DNA of 24,000 nucleotides from an uncultured Atopobium sp. (GTDB lineage Bacteria; Actinomycetota; Coriobacteriia; Coriobacteriales; Atopobiaceae): NCBI GenBank assembly GCA_900555335.1, contig USKU01000001.1, positions 13,794 to 37,793 of the forward strand, read 5' to 3'. Shown piece by piece: positions 20,976 to 24,000 of this stretch (position 1 is its first letter; each line of letters starts with the position of its first letter). The notes under the pieces were generated by a model. It saw only the letters and a program-made list of their open reading frames with translations, ran no database searches and was not told where the DNA came from. The position numbers and the translations under genes were made by a program.

Positions 20976-23258
20976 CTAGTGATTGGTGTCTTGTTGCTCC
21001 TCAAAGACATCTTCATCAACCTCTTCTTCGTCAAGTTTAAGAGGACGGAAGCTTGCGGTATCGCCGCCAACGTAGTCTGCAACAGTAGCTGCGTTTTCAA
21101 CGCGCTCCTTGTGCAGCGCTTCTGCAAAGATATCTTCGTCTTCCTCAATCTCTGCAATACGCTCTTTCATAGGAGCCTCAACAAGTGGCATAGAACCCGT
21201 CTGAGCTGCGTCATCAAGCGTGATACGAGTAAGCTTCTGCCCGCGCTTAACCTTGGAGAACAGAGGAACGTATTCAAAGACAATGTTGGAGTTCTCAAGA
21301 CCATACCAGCGAGCAGGAGATCCGCAGATGCGACGAATAAAGTACTTGAGCTCAAGGCAACGAGCGTCAAAACCGTTAATGTCGGTCTCTGGAGCTAGTA
21401 CCTTACGCAGCAGGCAGAATCTAAAGTCACCAATCTCGGAGTGCTCCTTGTAGATGGAATACTTGTGATTCTGTGGAGCAAGCTGATTGTTCTTAATCAG
21501 GTCACCAACAATCTGATACAGATAGGTGTTAATACGCTGGTTTACCCTAAAGCCAAGACGCAGGGTGATCTTGAACAGGAAGTCTGTACCAAAGTCATTG
21601 ACGATAAACTCACGGGTATTTGGATCGTCTGTCAGCGAGATGTTAATGAAGTAGTAAGCCTTAGCACGCTTTGGACGCTTATCCAAGATGGAATAGAGGA
21701 TGTCTCGATCCAGCTTGTCAAAGGATGAATCATTAGTAAGAAAAACCAGGTTATCGGCGAGGGTTGTATAATCTGCATCGTGACTCAAGCTACGGAGCTG
21801 GTCAATGTATTTATCTACGGGGAGATAAACGCTCTGCGTCCTCTCAACAGCGGTACCGCGCCGCCAGACAAACATGACAACAAAGATTGCGGTAGCCATA
21901 AGAACGGTAAAGTAGCCGCCGTGGAAGAACTTGGTAAGGCTTGAGAAGAAGAACATAGCCTCGATAGCACCAAAGAAAAGAATGAATGGAATGGCCGCCC
22001 ATAGGCGCTTTCTGATAACAGCCAGGTAGGTGTAGAGCAAGATTGAGGTCATGAGCATGGTAACGGTAATTGCAAGACCGTACGCTGCTTCCATGTGCTC
22101 AGAGCTCTGGAAGAGAAGTACAACGCCAATGCAACCAACCCACATGATGTTGTTTACAAGTGGAATGTAAATCTGGCCCTTAGTTGTGGAGGGGTAGTTG
22201 ATCTTGATATGAGGCATAAGGTCAAGCTTAATAGCCTCAGAGACAATGGAGTAAGAGCCGGTAATCAGTGCCTGAGAGGCAATAATTGCAGCAAGCGCAG
22301 AGAGAATAACGGCAAATGGTCTAAGCTGACCAGGAAGCATTTCAAAGAAAGGATTGAGGTCTTTGATAGTATTTAGCACGGTGTTATTGTGGTTGGTAAT
22401 GAGCCATGCGCCTTGTCCAAGATAGTTCAGAATCAAGCAGACCTTAACAAAAGGCCAGCTTACGTAAATGTTGCTCTTGCCAACGTGGCCCATGTCAGAA
22501 TAAAGTGCTTCTGCACCAGTGGTACAAAGGAAGACACTACCTAAAACCATGAGACCAGCTGCATTGAGCTTGCCATCAAAGAGAAACAGAATGCCGCGGA
22601 CTGGGTTAAGAGCTCGAACAACGCTAATGTCAGCAAACATGTTCATAACACCCATGGCACCCAAGAACAAGAACCAAAGCGTCATGACAGGGCCAAAGGC
22701 CTTACCAATGGTAGAAGTACCTGCCTTCTGTAAGGCAAAGAGGGTGCAGAGGATGATGATGGTAATCATGACAACAATGTGCTGATTATCACCAATGATA
22801 GCATGAGCTGCAGGAATAGTACGCAAACCCTCAATAGCGGTGGTTACTGTAACAGCTGGGGTCAAAATACCGTCAGCAAGAAGAGCTGCGCCACCAATCA
22901 TGGCAGGAATAATCAGCCATTTGGCGCACTTTTTAACCAAACTGTAGAGCGCAAAGATTCCGCCCTCATTGTGGTTGTCTGCCTTCATTGCAACCATGAC
23001 GTATTTAACGGTTGTAATGAGTGTCAGCGTCCAGATAATGAGGGACAGAGCACCCAAAACAACATCGGTGCTCATGGTAAGAAGACCACCGTTACCAGCA
23101 ATAATTGCCTTCATGGTGTACATTGGAGAAGTGCCAATGTCACCGTAGACGATGCCAAGGGTAACAAGTACCATGCCGGCACTTAGAGGAATGCCAGTTG
23201 ATTTCTTGGCTTTATTCTTAGAGAAAAGCGCATGAAATGCAGCTTTACTTGTATTCAT
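20976..23258 (-). CDS. kup: KUP/HAK/KT family potassium uptake transporter with an acidic C-terminal extension
   Basis: 760 aa. The GDIGTSPMYT signature is near the N-terminus, followed by ~12 hydrophobic segments and a cytoplasmic C-terminal domain. AGAGGA lies upstream of the ATG. Confidence 0.9.
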   Translation of the reverse strand: MNTSKAAFHALFSKNKAKKSTGIPLSAGMVLVTLGIVYGDIGTSPMYTMKAIIAGNGGLLTMSTDVVLGALSLIIWTLTLITTVKYVMVAMKADNHNEGGIFALYSLVKKCAKWLIIPAMIGGAALLADGILTPAVTVTTAIEGLRTIPAAHAIIGDNQHIVVMITIIILCTLFALQKAGTSTIGKAFGPVMTLWFLFLGAMGVMNMFADISVVRALNPVRGILFLFDGKLNAAGLMVLGSVFLCTTGAEALYSDMGHVGKSNIYVSWPFVKVCLILNYLGQGAWLITNHNNTVLNTIKDLNPFFEMLPGQLRPFAVILSALAAIIASQALITGSYSIVSEAIKLDLMPHIKINYPSTTKGQIYIPLVNNIMWVGCIGVVLLFQSSEHMEAAYGLAITVTMLMTSILLYTYLAVIRKRLWAAIPFILFFGAIEAMFFFSSLTKFFHGGYFTVLMATAIFVVMFVWRRGTAVERTQSVYLPVDKYIDQLRSLSHDADYTTLADNLVFLTNDSSFDKLDRDILYSILDKRPKRAKAYYFINISLTDDPNTREFIVNDFGTDFLFKITLRLGFRVNQRINTYLYQIVGDLIKNNQLAPQNHKYSIYKEHSEIGDFRFCLLRKVLAPETDINGFDARCLELKYFIRRICGSPARWYGLENSNIVFEYVPLFSKVKRGQKLTRITLDDAAQTGSMPLVEAPMKERIAEIEEDEDIFAEALHKERVENAATVADYVGGDTASFRPLKLDEEEVDEDVFEEQQDTNH

Positions 23259-23317
23259 CTATTAATCCTCTCAACAGATGATTAGTACAGTTCGTCATCA
23301 TATGTTAGTCCATATAC

Positions 23318-23331
23318 CTAGTTATAACTAG
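23318..23331. promoter_or_regulatory. perfect 14-bp palindrome in the kup upstream region (candidate operator)
   Basis: CTAGTTATAACTAG equals its own reverse complement. It is located 60-73 nt upstream of the kup ATG. Confidence 0.3.
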
Positions 23332-23374
23332 ACGAATGTACAAACGTACTTATTTTGTCTGCAAGCGGAAAAAT

Positions 23375-24000
23375 TTACTCATTTTCCCGCGGTTTTCTCG
23401 AGATTTTATATGCATGATGGATCTTCTGATTTCTTGAGAAGTCCTCCGGAATAGTTTCACTTGTTATGTCTTCAATGATGACGCCAGCTCGCTGGATTTT
23501 CTCGACATCTGGCTTAAAGGTACGCAGGTTACATGAGAAAATGGCAACGCCGCCGCGAGTCAGAAGGCGAGAAATGCCAATGATGAGCTCAGCGTGGTCT
23601 CTCTGGACATCAAACGAGCTCTGCCTCATGCGCGATGAGTTGGAGAAGGTAGGGACATCGCAGAAGATGACATTCCAGCGGTTTTTGGTGTGTCGTGTCT
23701 CGGTAATCCAAGACAGGACGTCTGCCTGGACAAACTCGTGCTCCTCTCCGTCAAAACCGTTGCGCTTCATGTTGCGTTTGGCCCACTCAAGCGAAGGCTT
23801 GGAGAGGTCAACGGTTGTGGAGTGAAGCGCGCCACCATCTGCTGCGTAGCAGGTAGCGGTACCTGTGTAGGCAAAGAGATTGAGGAAGCTCTTAGCAGGT
23901 CCGGCACTCTTCATGAGCTCGCGAATCTCTGCGCGCGTATCGCGGTGATCCAAGAAGATTCCACAGTCCAGCCTTGAGGCAAAGTTGACCTCAAAGAGTA
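23375..24000 (-). CDS. class I SAM-dependent RNA methyltransferase (RlmK/RlmI-like C-terminal domain); 5' end outside the window
   Basis: Motifs GIFLDHRDTR, FAYTGTATCYAA, DLSKPSLEWAKRN and CDVPTFSNS. I translated the frame up to nt 23998 without a stop (LFEVNFASRLDCGIFLDHRD), so the gene continues beyond the window. Confidence 0.75.
   Translation of the reverse strand, partial: LFEVNFASRLDCGIFLDHRDTRAEIRELMKSAGPAKSFLNLFAYTGTATCYAADGGALHSTTVDLSKPSLEWAKRNMKRNGFDGEEHEFVQADVLSWITETRHTKNRWNVIFCDVPTFSNSSRMRQSSFDVQRDHAELIIGISRLLTRGGVAIFSCNLRTFKPDVEKIQRAGVIIEDITSETIPEDFSRNQKIHHAYKISRKPRENE

Noticed and set aside
23259-23374. A possible riboswitch (for example c-di-AMP/ydaO-type) upstream of kup.
   Set aside because: Only 116 bp separate kup from the upstream gene, and I saw no extended conserved helices. 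That is too short for that riboswitch class.
1-24000. CRISPR arrays, rRNA genes, an integrase gene, or a direct repeat of the tRNA-Phe 3' end marking the distal island border.
   Set aside because: None found by eye on either strand. The att-repeat search in particular needs a computational scan, because a 15-20-nt imperfect repeat is easy to miss manually.

Overview
The window comes from a moderately GC-rich, Gram-positive-style chromosome; the host taxon cannot be resolved without a database search. All family calls below rest on motifs read by eye, with no BLAST or HMM search.

Core-looking genes sit at both ends.
- Left end: a DUF192-like protein, a zinc-ribbon protein, a DUF2207 membrane protein and an XRE regulator.
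- Right end: a tannase-like lipoprotein, a cyclophilin PPIase, a CarD-like protein, an ACT protein, a Cof-type HAD hydrolase, the Kup K+ transporter and an RNA methyltransferase.

Between about nt 3471 and 15900 lies a ~12.4-kb mosaic accessory region that abuts the 3' end of a tRNA-Phe(GAA) gene. It has five blocks.
1. An apparently intact IS3-family element (3471-4925).
2. A ~6-kb, very AT-rich, single-strand operon (4926-10965).
3. A remnant of a phage replication module on the minus strand (family A DNA polymerase, DUF2815 SSB-like protein, 5'-truncated DUF2800 nuclease; 10995-14506).
4. Decayed defence-type genes (the C-terminal fragment of an SMC/Rad50-like ATPase, a small HTH protein, and a truncated DNA methyltransferase with DPPY changed to DLPC).
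5. A phased ACAC repeat array next to the tRNA terminator.

The headline candidate is the AT-rich operon. It encodes a minimal radical-SAM enzyme with no auxiliary-cluster cysteines, a 159-aa unknown protein, and a PqqD/RRE-domain fusion protein. These are followed by a 69-aa Cys-free, Val/Ala/Gly/Asn-rich precursor-like peptide with a strong hairpin directly after it. Downstream are a DUF3784-like membrane protein, an NPPL-motif (amide/amino-N type) methyltransferase and a peptidase-less ABC exporter.

This looks like an undescribed RiPP system. Its logic may resemble epimerised, Asn-N-methylated beta-helical peptides such as the polytheonamides, but with a short leader and a stand-alone RRE. 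That interpretation is inference.
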